A stretch of 64,000 nucleotides of DNA, taken from positions 2,368,001 through 2,432,000 of the forward strand of contig CAXXQS010000001.1 in the NCBI GenBank assembly GCA_963674735.2, given 5' to 3'. Origin of the DNA: Myxococcota bacterium (GTDB taxonomy: Bacteria > Myxococcota_A > SURF-8). Shown piece by piece: positions 30,701 to 40,334 of this stretch. Below the pieces are notes generated by a model. It saw nothing but the letters and a program-made list of their open reading frames with translations. It had not been told where the DNA came from and did not search any database. Made by a program: the position numbers and the translations under genes. Every line of letters starts with the position of its first letter. Within the stretch, counting starts at the first letter, position 1.

Positions 30701-30835
30701 GGACCGGGATCGGACGTGCAACGGCCGCTGGCGGTGGTCGTCATCGGTGGACTGCTCAGTGCAACGGTGCTGACACTGTTTGTTCTACCCATGCTTTTGG
30801 TGTGGGTAAATTCGGAAAAGGAGAATCACTCATGA
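27773..30835 (+). CDS. czcA: CusA/CzcA-family heavy-metal RND permease
   Basis: LPIDAFPD, GPISTGLGEV, NLMTLGGLAIAIGMVVDG, DPMGPE, GFIALFGVAVQNG, QRPLAVVVIGGL. Confidence 0.95.
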   Translation: MIEFIIQRRLLVLILTALVILIGVISWTRLPIDAFPDATNQQVMILTEAPGLGPLDVEQQVSFPIETVMGGLPYVKLVRSMSKTALSQVVVIFEDHVDTYFARQLVFERLQLAKEQLPPGLDPEMGPISTGLGEVFQYTLESESHSLTELRTMQDWLVAPRLRTIPGVNEVNSFGGLVRQIEVRVDPDRLLKYGLTLSEVVEALESANANAGGSFVIRDWEQENIRNVGLFGSPDDVRHVVLKSEGGAPVTITEVAEVVESHMTRLGGVSRDGKGEVVAGMVIMLKGENAQEVVERVKAAIPSIERALPKGVSFNAFYDRTELVAAVIDTVSSALMQGGLFVVLVLFLLVGNLRAALTVAFSLPMTALVAFVFMDAAQLSANLMTLGGLAIAIGMVVDGSIVVTENVTRHLREKRNDDRLTVIADAVREVARPIVFSILIIVLVFVPLFTLEGMEGKMFKPLATTMIFAMLGSLIVAITAVPVLISFLMKAGRVDRETWLIRRLRNRYAKALNTVIDHRKIVLSVTVLIFLATLAVVPRLGTEFLPELDEGAIAINVVRLPNASIEGSVITSGFMEKELLTFPEVKTVVSKTGRAEISEDPMGPEQTDLLIKLHPASEWTSGRDKATLIAAIQQRLERIPGIRLAFSQPIALRVNELISGVKSDLAVKVFGSDIDLLKEKADTVASVLRGIEGAEDVSVEQVAGFSQLEIVADRREMARFGTRMEDINELVEMAIGGAIVTQLVEGQMRFGVKVRFPKERRNSIESISALLVPSSSGARVPLGRIAEIKRIEGPAQISRENNMRRVVVEANVRGRDLGSFVAESQRKLTALSDSLPPGYWIDFGGTFESQQRAMKRLSIVVPVSILLIFLMLISALGSLKTAAIVLVNLPFALVGGLLAMLAFGITLNVPATIGFIALFGVAVQNGTVLVSFFQQLQREGLAVRDAVIQAGSLRLRALLMTAATTVLGLLPMLYATGPGSDVQRPLAVVVIGGLLSATVLTLFVLPMLLVWVNSEKENHS

Positions 30836-31070
30836 AAACACGCAGACAAATGGAAAAGTAAACCGCTTTTAGGAACTTTGAGTGCCGTTTTAAGCAAGGT
30901 GGACGTCGGAATGCAATAGATGGGAAAGAAATCGGTATGACGTGAAACCGCTGCGGCATCGATACCGGAGACGGTATGGGATCGGCGGAGGGGCGATCTT
31001 GCGCGGGATGAAAATGCGTTCAGCGGAGAACGGCAACGAAGCGGGCACTCGGTGGGAAGCCATAAAACAG

Positions 31071-31103
31071 AAAAACCTTGGAACCGTTATGATTCCAAGG
31101 CTT
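31071..31103. terminator. Hairpin immediately 3' of the tRNA
   Basis: AAAAACCTTGGAACC-GTTAT-GATTCCAAGGCTT imperfect inverted repeat; reads as stem plus U-run on the minus strand. Confidence 0.55.
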
Positions 31104-31109
31104 TATTTC

Positions 31110-31185
31110 TGGTGCGCCCAGCAGGACTCGAACCTGCGGCCACCGGGTTCGAAGCCCGATGCTCTTCCAGCTGAGCTATAGGCGC
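31110..31185 (-). tRNA. tRNA-Arg (anticodon UCG)
   Basis: The minus strand folds to a 76-nt cloverleaf: GCGCCTA/TGGGCGC acceptor stem, anticodon loop CT-TCG-AA, T-loop TTCGAGT, encoded CCA. Confidence 0.96.
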
Positions 31186-31198
31186 TAACGCGGGGCCG

Positions 31199-31227
31199 AG
31201 CATAGTCCGCCGCGTGACGTTTGTCAA
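31199..31227 (-). promoter_or_regulatory. Sigma70 promoter of the tRNA
   Basis: Minus-strand TTGACA (31227-31222), 17 bp, TATGCT (31204-31199). Confidence 0.7.
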
Positions 31228-31272
31228 CGATTCTGCGTTATCGCGAACGTTTTCTTGCTGAAAACCTCTTCC

Positions 31273-32349
31273 TTACACATTGTCGGAATCCGCCATGGTG
31301 AGCACCCAGTGACGCGGGTGCGCCCAGCCTTCCCGGCGCAAGCGTTCGACCTGGGTTTTGGGAACGATAAACGGCAGCCGCTTGACCGGAATATAACCGA
31401 AACCCGCCAAAGCGGACAGATAGAACCGATGGGGCGTAATCCAGGCATCCACCAGGCAAACCCCGTCGGCGCGGAAATCGGCCTCGGCCAGTTTGAGCAG
31501 CGCATGAAAAATCCGAGGCTGATAGGCGGGCACGCAGAAATCGGCCAGAAAACCGAAAACCCGGTCGCGCGACTCCGCGCGCACCTTCGTGACCAACCAC
31601 GCCGCCGGGTGACCGTTGAGTGTGGCGCGGTATATACGGTAGGTATCGGGATTTTCATCGTAACGCCAACACAGGTAATCGGCATCCTTCACCACACCCG
31701 CTTCGCTCCGGTTCAAAGCATCATGCCAAACCAGATCGGCCCAGGGGCCGAAAGAGGTCACGCGATCGACCGTCAGATCCTGGCGGCAGGGACCGATCAG
31801 GCGGCGCAGCCCGGCACGACCCGCCGAAAGCCCCGACCCCAGAATCGACCCGCTCCAGTTCGGCAGAACGTCGGGTAACAAGGCCTCGGGTTTGAGCGGC
31901 AACACCATCCGCCAGACGTCGAACACATGCGCCATATCCATCTTGCGCACCCAGCCGGGATAGGCCACCGGGTTGGGGAAACCGTAGATGGGAAAATAAC
32001 CGCTCGCCTCGCCGGCCTGAATCACCGCTTGCCCGAGGGTTTCGAACATCCCCTGACGGCGGTAGTCGGGGTGGGTCATTACATCGCCCAGTTCGCTGGC
32101 GTAGCCGATCTTGCTACCGAAACGAAAAGGCCGGTGACAAGAGGCCACGTAACCCGCCATGCGTTCTCCCGCGCGCGCCACGCGACCGATGGGATCGGGC
32201 CGCTTGCCGCCGAAAAGCTTCCAGTCGTAATAGGGCTTATCACCCGAACGTTTCCACAGGGGGCCGTAAACAATGGACGTCAGACGCGCCAGACGCGCCG
32301 AGTCCGGTTCGGTAACCGCTTCCACCTTCCAATCGGGCATGGGCGACAC
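31273..32349 (-). CDS. GNAT-family N-acetyltransferase (two-domain)
   Basis: DVMTHPDYRRQGMF acetyl-CoA motif, YGFPN, YLCWRY, C-terminal ADSD. Confidence 0.85.
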   Translation of the reverse strand: MSPMPDWKVEAVTEPDSARLARLTSIVYGPLWKRSGDKPYYDWKLFGGKRPDPIGRVARAGERMAGYVASCHRPFRFGSKIGYASELGDVMTHPDYRRQGMFETLGQAVIQAGEASGYFPIYGFPNPVAYPGWVRKMDMAHVFDVWRMVLPLKPEALLPDVLPNWSGSILGSGLSAGRAGLRRLIGPCRQDLTVDRVTSFGPWADLVWHDALNRSEAGVVKDADYLCWRYDENPDTYRIYRATLNGHPAAWLVTKVRAESRDRVFGFLADFCVPAYQPRIFHALLKLAEADFRADGVCLVDAWITPHRFYLSALAGFGYIPVKRLPFIVPKTQVERLRREGWAHPRHWVLTMADSDNV

Positions 32350-32354
32350 TCCGT

Positions 32355-33716
32355 TTATTCCGGCTCGTCCGCGTCTTCATCCGCTTGTTTGGGCAACGCG
32401 GCGGGGGGCGGTTCGGCCAGTCGTTTTTCGATGGCGGCGGCACTCTCGCGGGCCATCATGCCCAGCGTGTAGGTCTTGCCGTCGATGAAGTTCGGGATGG
32501 GACGCGCGTCGTCGGCCAGCGGTTTGATCGCTTTTTCCAGGAGCGCCGCATCGGCGCTGTACTGCAACCCGATCAGGGCCAGGGTCACAAGCGGTACGTG
32601 TTTGGACGTCAGATACGCAGCCAGTTTGGGAGCCGCAGCGGTCGGAAGTTTCTTGAGATGCCGACGCGCCACGCGATAATCCCCGCGCCAAAACGTCACG
32701 TTGGGATTCAGTCCATCGAAAGCCGTGGAAACGGCCTCGGCTCCCCCCAGTTTGAGAATCGCCGCGAAGGCCGCCCACTTGACATCCTCGTCCCTCAGGA
32801 AGGGAGAGATGTATTTCACCATATCGGCGTCGCCCGCTTTCCGAATGATCTCGATGGCGATGCCGCGCAGGTCGATATGCTCCTTGCGGTTGATGAACAG
32901 GCGCGTGGCAATGGGCAGCGAGAGACGCGAGGGAGCGAAACTCAGGCTGTTGAGAGCGCTCAGGCGAATCGGGAAGGGGTTTTTCTTGTCGGCCACGTAG
33001 CCGTTGAGCAATTCCGTCAGACGCTCGTCGCGCACGTAGCAGGCCAGCTCCAGCAGGTCGTCCGTCAGGTTGGGAAGCTGCTCGTTGTACCAGGTAATGA
33101 GAACATCGGAAACGCGTTTTTTCAGCGCCGGATGGTCGATATCACGCGCGATCTTGGCCAGCTTGACGCGCGTTTTCTGTTCGGGTTCCTTGGCGATCAG
33201 CTCGACCAGCAGGTCCGTCGCCGGGGCTCCCACGCGCTTGAGCACGTGATAGGCCGAAAACTTCCCCGCCGCGTATTTCTTGGCGAAACCGTTTTTGTAC
33301 CACAGCAGAATCGCCTGACGGGCGCTGCGTTTGACCTGGGCGTCGTCGAACTGCATGAACATGTAGAGGATGTCCTTGGCTGCGGCCTGTACGGAGAGAT
33401 CGGGCACCTCGAAGAGTCCGCCGATTTTGGGTGCGCTGGCCTGGATCAATTTCATGCGGTCGGCGGGCGGCATCTCTTTCATGGTGGCGGTCAGCAGATC
33501 GAACTGGCGCACACGGATCAGCTTGAGCACGGCGTAAACCCGCAGGGGCATCTCGGCCGAGGCATCGGCGACCACGTGGGCGATGCGCGCCTCGCCGTTG
33601 ACCGACTCGGCCCAGGTGTCGATTTTATCGGTGGTGACGTTGCAACCCAGACACAGCCAGGCCAGCATCAGTCCCAAGCAAAAGATTCCGACCCACCGGT
33701 TAGCGGATGTGCGCAT
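32355..33716 (-). CDS. HEAT-repeat-like lipoprotein
   Basis: ATG 33716 after GGGGAGG; lipobox CLG-C; repeated R..A...L helical pairs. Confidence 0.7.
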   Translation of the reverse strand: MRTSANRWVGIFCLGLMLAWLCLGCNVTTDKIDTWAESVNGEARIAHVVADASAEMPLRVYAVLKLIRVRQFDLLTATMKEMPPADRMKLIQASAPKIGGLFEVPDLSVQAAAKDILYMFMQFDDAQVKRSARQAILLWYKNGFAKKYAAGKFSAYHVLKRVGAPATDLLVELIAKEPEQKTRVKLAKIARDIDHPALKKRVSDVLITWYNEQLPNLTDDLLELACYVRDERLTELLNGYVADKKNPFPIRLSALNSLSFAPSRLSLPIATRLFINRKEHIDLRGIAIEIIRKAGDADMVKYISPFLRDEDVKWAAFAAILKLGGAEAVSTAFDGLNPNVTFWRGDYRVARRHLKKLPTAAAPKLAAYLTSKHVPLVTLALIGLQYSADAALLEKAIKPLADDARPIPNFIDGKTYTLGMMARESAAAIEKRLAEPPPAALPKQADEDADEPE

Positions 33717-33798
33717 ATAGGCCTCCCCTCGACTTCGGATAAACGGATTCGAACAACTTCCCCATTTATATAGAGAAAACGCGCAGGTTGTCAATGTG

Positions 33799-36294
33799 TC
33801 AGTGTTGCGTAACCACTTCCGCCGTAAAGGCGAAGTGACGACGCGCGTTATTGGGCGTGTGTATGCGGAACGTCAGATTCCGCGTTTGCCCCTTGAAGGC
33901 AGCGGTGGGCATCAGGATATCCGTATAGCGCGTGCTGTTGGGTTGAACCAGGCTGCCCAGTTTGGTATCCCCGACGAAGGCTTCCAGAATAACGGGGGCT
34001 CCCCGTCCGAAGTCCACGGCGAAATCGCTGAGAGCGGCCCCCAGATGCAGATAGTCGCCCAGGGCAACGGAGGGCGCAGTGATGAGCAGCGCCTCTTCGG
34101 CCGGATGCGCCCACAACAGGCGACGGAGCCGACCACGCACGATCATGTCCGTCGGTCCGACGTAGTTCCAACCGTTGTCGGCGCAGGTGTAGCGCTTGCC
34201 GCGCAGCGGGCAGGGATGGAGGCTGTCGCCCCGATCCAGTTCGACGCGCAGATCCCCCAGATGGTCGAACAGACGCCAGGAGGCCGACAACCCGTCGGTG
34301 AAGCTCAGAGCCAGCAGCCGTAGCTCGCGCGAGCCGTTTGTTTCCGAAAGAGGCAGGTCCAGGTCGCGGCGATGCGGGCGGGCCGTGAAGCGCGTTGCAT
34401 CGAAAGCCGGATCGTTTGTGACGATCCAGACCCGTGGCGCCTGAAAGAAGGTCTCGGCTTGCGGGGCATCGATGGCTTGCATGGGGAAGGCCGGATCGGG
34501 TCGCCACTTGCGGGCCAATTTGCGCGGCGTGACGATCAGCACGTCCCGATCCGCGACGAAACCGCGTATGCGCAAGGCCGCAACCGCTTCCTGTTGCCAA
34601 TCCGCGCTTTCCACCTGCAGGACCGCATGCACCATGACTCCCCCGGCGAAAATCACGGCCAGACCCAAGGCGACAGCGGAACCGATGCGCCGGATGGGGG
34701 CGGCGGCGAACCAGGCACACAGGCGGCTGCAAGCCGCGCGGTAATCCGCCTCGGCGTACAAGAACAGCCCGCAAGCCGAAGCGAGATGCAGCAGAATGGC
34801 CAGACTGATCCAGAAGTTGTGGACGACGCCCAGCGGGATGGTGAGAAACAAGATCCAACTCGCCAGCATGACGGCGATCAGCGAGGCGTAGTTGAACGCC
34901 TGAATGCGGCGCGGGCGAGCGCGCAGGTAAAACAGCGCCAGCAGGCTGATGACGATGCAGTAGTAGACGGTCAGTCCGAGTAACAGAAAGATGAGCGGAT
35001 AGCTGAACAGCAGCGCGTCCACCTCGTCGCGCTTACGCAGGATCAGAGCCAGAGCCACGACGAACAAGCCGATCAGGGAGGCCGCGACGCCGTTTCGCAG
35101 CAGGTGGACCCCCCGATTGTGACGCTCGATGCGTTCCCAGTTGGCGGTGACGGTCTGCGGGTCGAATTGAATTTCATCGCCGATCCGGCGCGTGATATAG
35201 GGCAATCCGGCACGCGTGGAACTGACGACCTCCTTGTGTACCTCCATTTTGTCGATAAACTCGCGGTGGTAATCCCAACCGAAGGTCGCCAGGCTACCGC
35301 CGAGCAGCAGCACGACGGTCAGAACATAGGCACCGAAGAAACGCCAGGTGGATCGGCGGATGCCGCGACGGCGCAGAAGGTCGTCGAGGGCCTTGACTAC
35401 AAGGCCGAAGAGCAACAGCACCGGGAAGATGCGCATGACGCCCGCGTAAGCCAGTGCGACGCCTGCCGAGCGGAAGTGCTTGCGCTTGAGGAAAGCCACA
35501 CCGAAGAGGATGGCCGCCATCCAGTCGAAGCGCAGATAGGCCCCGTGGATAAAGGCGCGGTGGTTGAAGACGATGCCGTAGAAAAAAATCATCAGAATCA
35601 GGCCGACTTCAAGCCCGAACGCCCACATGATAGCCGCAAAACCCGCCAGCAGCAGCACGGGGTCGAACAGCGCCAGCAGCTTCATTCCGTTTTTCGTGAC
35701 GGGGACATGCGCCGCCAGACCTCCGGCCAGAAACCCCCAGGGCGGGGTGCCGTTGTAGCCCATATCGTTGCAGCGATCGTAAAGAATGTTGGCTTCCTGA
35801 ACGAGGTAGAAGTCCCGGATATCGCGTTTGAACTGTTCCCAGCGGTCCGGCGTGAAACGCCCCTTGACACGCGCAATCAGGTCCACGTCGCTGATGATGT
35901 CCTCCAGCGGCTGGAAGGTGTAGTCGGTGAGGCGGCGGACCTTGCGCTCGCGCATGGCGCGTGGAAGTTTGGGATGACCGGATTCGGCGATCGTTTCGGC
36001 TTCGGCGATGACGATGGCGTTGTAAAGGTTGAAGTAGCCGACTTCCTTTGCGTATTTCGACCCGAATACGTAATGCGAAATGTCGTGGTAATGCAGAAAA
36101 TGGCCGTACAGGCCGTCTCCGAAACGCCAAAAGCTGGCGAAGGCGAGGAGTGCGCCCAGCGCCAGCACAACCACCAGCGAACGTCGCCAACGAACGCGCA
36201 GTGCGGCGGGAGCCAGCAGGCGGAAAAGCCCCAACACGCCGATCAGGATCAACAAACCGATCTTGACGACCAGTCCAAGAGTAGGAATGGACAT
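33799..36294 (-). CDS. Polytopic membrane protein, possibly a GT-C-fold glycosyltransferase with a C-terminal soluble domain
   Basis: ATG 36294 after GGAG; many TM helices; HYVFGSKYAKEVGY, DMGYNGTPPW, GAYLRFDW, RIFP. Confidence 0.6.
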   Translation of the reverse strand: MSIPTLGLVVKIGLLILIGVLGLFRLLAPAALRVRWRRSLVVVLALGALLAFASFWRFGDGLYGHFLHYHDISHYVFGSKYAKEVGYFNLYNAIVIAEAETIAESGHPKLPRAMRERKVRRLTDYTFQPLEDIISDVDLIARVKGRFTPDRWEQFKRDIRDFYLVQEANILYDRCNDMGYNGTPPWGFLAGGLAAHVPVTKNGMKLLALFDPVLLLAGFAAIMWAFGLEVGLILMIFFYGIVFNHRAFIHGAYLRFDWMAAILFGVAFLKRKHFRSAGVALAYAGVMRIFPVLLLFGLVVKALDDLLRRRGIRRSTWRFFGAYVLTVVLLLGGSLATFGWDYHREFIDKMEVHKEVVSSTRAGLPYITRRIGDEIQFDPQTVTANWERIERHNRGVHLLRNGVAASLIGLFVVALALILRKRDEVDALLFSYPLIFLLLGLTVYYCIVISLLALFYLRARPRRIQAFNYASLIAVMLASWILFLTIPLGVVHNFWISLAILLHLASACGLFLYAEADYRAACSRLCAWFAAAPIRRIGSAVALGLAVIFAGGVMVHAVLQVESADWQQEAVAALRIRGFVADRDVLIVTPRKLARKWRPDPAFPMQAIDAPQAETFFQAPRVWIVTNDPAFDATRFTARPHRRDLDLPLSETNGSRELRLLALSFTDGLSASWRLFDHLGDLRVELDRGDSLHPCPLRGKRYTCADNGWNYVGPTDMIVRGRLRRLLWAHPAEEALLITAPSVALGDYLHLGAALSDFAVDFGRGAPVILEAFVGDTKLGSLVQPNSTRYTDILMPTAAFKGQTRNLTFRIHTPNNARRHFAFTAEVVTQH

Positions 36295-36551
36295 GTTTAC
36301 TCCCAAGTGTGTCCCGTGGCGTGTATTCCACACCATCATAGACGAAGGCGACCAAGAGGTCAATTCCCCGCACGCACTTTTATCGAAGACCCCGAAGAAC
36401 CCGTTTTTACGCGCCGGAAAAGGGCCATGACCCAGAACGAAAAAGGGGCTGGCATCATGCGCATGTTGTGGTATGATGGGCGACTTCAAGCGATTGTACG
36501 GTGCCGAATAACAGGAAACCAGGTGGGGGGACCGAGTACGGGAGACGTGCC

Positions 36552-37847
36552 ATGATGGTGTATGAACACAATGTCCGTTGGGTGGAAAAACTGGTCGCCA
36601 ACCAAAACGCCTGGCGTTTGCAGACCGTGAACCTGATCGCCAGCGAGAACGTGCTGAGCAACCGCGCGCGACGGGTCATGGCCTCCGACTTCGCTCACCG
36701 CTACGCCGAAGGGCATCCCGGCGAACGTTATTACCAGGGTACCGACTACATCGACGAGATCGAGTCGCGCCTGAAGCATCAGCTCAAAAGCCTGTTCGGG
36801 GCCAAGAACGTGGACGTGCGTCCCATCTCGGGAACCGTCGGTAACGATGCCACGTTTTCGCGCTATATCCGGCCCGGCGACGTGGTGATGGTCAATTCCA
36901 CTCCGGCGGGCGGGCATATCAGTCACCACCGGGCGGGATCGGTGGGCAAGTACACCCACAACATCGTCAATTTCCCGCTCACCCCCGACGGTTACCACAT
37001 CGACGTGGAGGAAACGCGCCACATCGTCAAGGCCTTGTGCCCGAAGGTGTTTATCCTGGGCAAGAGCCTGTACCTCTTTCCGGAACCGGTGAAGGAAATC
37101 GCCGAAATGGCGAAGGGCACGGGCGCGGTGGTCGTTTACGATGGTTCGCACGTGATGGGCCTGATCGCCGGAGGCGGCTTCCAGGATCCGTTGGCCGAGG
37201 GCGCCGATCTGCTCTGCGGGTCGACCCACAAAACCTTCTTCGGCTCGCAGCGCGGCCTGATCCTCAGCAACGCCGGTCCGGCGGAGTGGCGCAAAATCGA
37301 CAAGGGCGCGTTCCCGGCTTCCTCCTCCAATCACCACCTGGATACCCTCGTGGCTCTATCGGTGGCCACCAGCGAAATGCACGATTTCGGGCAGGCGTAC
37401 GGCCGGCAGGTGGTGGCCAATGCCAAGGCCCTGGCCAAAGCGCTGGACGAGCAAGGCTTCGCGGTGCAGGCGCGCGAATTCGGTTATACCGAAAGCCATC
37501 AGGTGGCGGTGGACGTGGGAGCCTTCGGTGGCGGCGACGAGGTGTCGCGTATCCTCAAGGAAAACCACATCATCGTCAACATGAATCTGCTCCCCCACGA
37601 ATCGCTGGACGCGGTCCTCAATCCGGCGGGGCTCCGTCTGGGCGTGCAGGAAATGACACGCTTCGGGATGAAGGAAGACGACATGGCCCGCATCGCGGAC
37701 TTTTTCAAAAGCTGCCTGATGGACGGCCGCTTCATCGCCAAGGAGGTCGCCGCTTTCCGCTCCGAGTTCGTTCACGTGCACTACAGCTTCGATCCGGAGG
37801 GCGAACCCGCCATCGGTTTCTCGGCGGACGGAGACGTCGCACCGTAA
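36552..37847 (+). CDS. glyA: Serine hydroxymethyltransferase (archaeal-like sequence type)
   Basis: NLIASENV, RYAEG..RYYQG, GGHISH, YDGSHVMGLIAGG, STHKT (PLP Lys), GLRLGVQEMTRFGM. Confidence 0.9.
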   Translation: MMVYEHNVRWVEKLVANQNAWRLQTVNLIASENVLSNRARRVMASDFAHRYAEGHPGERYYQGTDYIDEIESRLKHQLKSLFGAKNVDVRPISGTVGNDATFSRYIRPGDVVMVNSTPAGGHISHHRAGSVGKYTHNIVNFPLTPDGYHIDVEETRHIVKALCPKVFILGKSLYLFPEPVKEIAEMAKGTGAVVVYDGSHVMGLIAGGGFQDPLAEGADLLCGSTHKTFFGSQRGLILSNAGPAEWRKIDKGAFPASSSNHHLDTLVALSVATSEMHDFGQAYGRQVVANAKALAKALDEQGFAVQAREFGYTESHQVAVDVGAFGGGDEVSRILKENHIIVNMNLLPHESLDAVLNPAGLRLGVQEMTRFGMKEDDMARIADFFKSCLMDGRFIAKEVAAFRSEFVHVHYSFDPEGEPAIGFSADGDVAP

Positions 37848-37908
37848 GGTCACGCAACCGGATCGTGACGAACCAAGACACGAGAAGTCGAGGGCACGGG
37901 AGAGGTTT

Positions 37909-39564
37909 GTGAGTCGAATTCGTGAAAAGCTGATTGCCTTTTTGTACAGTCCGGCATTCTCGGCCTTCGTGATCATCGCGATTCTTCTTCGATTCATTCT
38001 CGCCGCCCTGCCGGACGCCGTGTTTCTGGTGGTACAAAGCTTCAGCGCCCCCGATCATGTCGCGAAAACGGAAGAAATTCTTTTCATCGGCTTGATGACC
38101 ATCTGGCTCGTCTTGCCCGGTGTCGTTTACCGCTTCAGGAAATCCATCGATCGGATTGTCAAGTCTGCACGCTTTCTCTGGGTCGGCGTTTGCCTCCTTT
38201 TCCTCGCTCTGCTGAGCCCAAGCGACGCCGTCTCCGACGTCTGGTTGCTTCAGATCGTGAACAACATTGAAGACCTGCTGTTTGCGGGCGTTGTTCTGTG
38301 CACGATCGCCAACCGAAAGCTCATCGTCCAACGGAGCTTGACTTTGGCGCAAACCCGCCCGGTCAAGACGCTTTCAACCCTGACGATCATCGCGGCCATC
38401 ACCCTGTTCCTGACGGAACTGACGGTCCGGGTTTACACCCATTATCGACCGAAGCCCGAGCAGTTCTTCCTTGAATACATGGATCTGTATGAAGTCGTCG
38501 ATCCGGAGGTCGGCCATGCCATGAAACCGAATGTCGTGGCCACCCTTTCGGGAAACATCGCGTTTTCACCCTTTACGGTTGTATCCTCGCCGCTCCCCGG
38601 CCTGCCGTCATACGGCTTTCGAAACCCGCCCTCCTTCGATTACGATGATCTCGATGCCATATTGATAGGGGACTCGTTTGCGTGGGGATATGGCCTCGAA
38701 CACGAAAACACGCTGGCGGCGCTGCTGACCCAAAACTGCGATCTAACCACGTTGAATCTCGGCATTTCGGGATTTACCACTCCTGCCACACAACAAAGCG
38801 TCCTCTTCAAAGCGCTGGATCTGTTGCCCCGCAAACCGAAGTACGTGATCTGGACGATCTTCCCGTTCAACGACCTGACGGATCAGCAGTTGTTCGAACG
38901 CTGGCAGCGGGACACGGAGCGAAAACCCACGGAATCCCTGTTGCGGCGCGTACTGGGATACTATGTCGAGTTATGGAAAAAGCAGGCCGCCCAAAGCGGG
39001 CAGCCCGAACAGACCCCGCCCGAGATACCGGCCACGATCAAGAAAATCGATCGCCTCCTGGCTCCCTGGTCACGGCTCTATCTGGTCTTGTTGCGAAACC
39101 TGATCATTCCTCCACTTCCCCAAGCGTCCTTGGATTTAACGGTTGCGGCACAGGATGGAAGGGAAATCGTGTATCGCAATTGCCCGCTGCCGGGACTCTC
39201 CGAGGCGGAGCAACGAACGTATAGCCGAATCCTTTTCGAAACCATGAGCCGGGCGAAAACCCGCCTTGAAGAAATGAACATCCGCCTGATCAGCCTTGTC
39301 ATTCCATCCATGTGGGAATACGGCTCGCCGGATAAAAGCAAGGAAAACCCGGTCTATGTATGCAATGCCGTCTCCGAACAGTTGATTCGGGAAGGTCAGG
39401 ATGTGGTGGATTTGTATACCCTGTGGAAGGACGAAAAAGACGTCGCCAAGAAGTACTATTTTGAAAAGGATGCCCACTTCAACACCGACGGCGCCAAGCA
39501 GGCAGCAGAAGAAATTTGCCGACACCTGAGAGCGACTCAAGCGGATTCGCCCCGGCAGAAGTGA
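37909..39564 (+). CDS. Membrane-anchored SGNH/AlgX-like hydrolase or acetyltransferase
   Basis: TM helices followed by ILIGDSFAWG, NLGISG, PFNDL and DAHFN; GTG start. Confidence 0.75.
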   Translation: MSRIREKLIAFLYSPAFSAFVIIAILLRFILAALPDAVFLVVQSFSAPDHVAKTEEILFIGLMTIWLVLPGVVYRFRKSIDRIVKSARFLWVGVCLLFLALLSPSDAVSDVWLLQIVNNIEDLLFAGVVLCTIANRKLIVQRSLTLAQTRPVKTLSTLTIIAAITLFLTELTVRVYTHYRPKPEQFFLEYMDLYEVVDPEVGHAMKPNVVATLSGNIAFSPFTVVSSPLPGLPSYGFRNPPSFDYDDLDAILIGDSFAWGYGLEHENTLAALLTQNCDLTTLNLGISGFTTPATQQSVLFKALDLLPRKPKYVIWTIFPFNDLTDQQLFERWQRDTERKPTESLLRRVLGYYVELWKKQAAQSGQPEQTPPEIPATIKKIDRLLAPWSRLYLVLLRNLIIPPLPQASLDLTVAAQDGREIVYRNCPLPGLSEAEQRTYSRILFETMSRAKTRLEEMNIRLISLVIPSMWEYGSPDKSKENPVYVCNAVSEQLIREGQDVVDLYTLWKDEKDVAKKYYFEKDAHFNTDGAKQAAEEICRHLRATQADSPRQK

Positions 39565-39740
39565 ACGTCGACCGAAACTCGCCGCGAATCGAAGCGGACC
39601 TTGCCCGGAAAACACGCCCCATAAAAAACCAGCGGGCCGATCCTGCCTCGGCCCGCGTGGTATATATCATCAATTGAATCGGCTACACTTGTATCGCTCG
39701 TGTGTTGATCGCAGTTCAGGTCGGCAGCCGTTTTCGGCTG

Positions 39741-40037
39741 TTACCAGCGGCGACCGCCGCCACCGCCACCGCCACCGCCGCGCGGCGATTGCTGGCGTTC
39801 GCGGGCAATGCTCACCTTCAGTGTCCGGCCGTCCAGATCCTGGCCATCCATTTCCAACGCCTTATCGGCGTCCTCTTCGTTGGCGAAGGTGACAAAACCG
39901 AAGCCCCGGCTGCGGCCCGTATCACGATCCGTAATCACCTTGGCTTCTTCGATCTCACCGTATGTCGAAAACGCTTGTTCCAGACCCGCGCTGTCCGTAT
40001 TCCAGGACAGGCTGCCAACATACAATTTCCTCTGCAT
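39741..40037 (-). CDS. RRM RNA-binding protein with a Gly-rich tail
   Basis: RNP2 KLYVGSL, RNP1 RGFGFVTF, GGGGGGGGGRRW; ATG 40037 after AAAGGA. Confidence 0.95.
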   Translation of the reverse strand: MQRKLYVGSLSWNTDSAGLEQAFSTYGEIEEAKVITDRDTGRSRGFGFVTFANEEDADKALEMDGQDLDGRTLKVSIARERQQSPRGGGGGGGGGRRW

Positions 40038-40334
40038 CACACGATCCTTTCTGATAATTGACCATTCCGGGGAACTCTCCCCGCTAGCGATGACACAAAA
40101 AACGGTGGAAGTATTCCAGGCAGGATGTGGAAAACTCGACCTTTCTGTTGACCATGCGCTATTGACCCGGAAAAAATCATAGCAGATCAAGCGACAAATG
40201 CAATTAAAAATAAAAGCCGGACTCTAGCTTTACACCTGCGTAAGTCGCCGTGATTCAACAGCTTCCCTTCCCTCCCGAAGTCGCGATTCTCCAGTGGTGC
40301 CGGGGGGAGGATGCACACTCCCGGCAAAGATGAC

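Noticed and set aside
32355-33716. HEAT lipoprotein as a myxobacterial gliding-motility component
   Set aside because: No agl/glt neighbours and no motif I can match with confidence.
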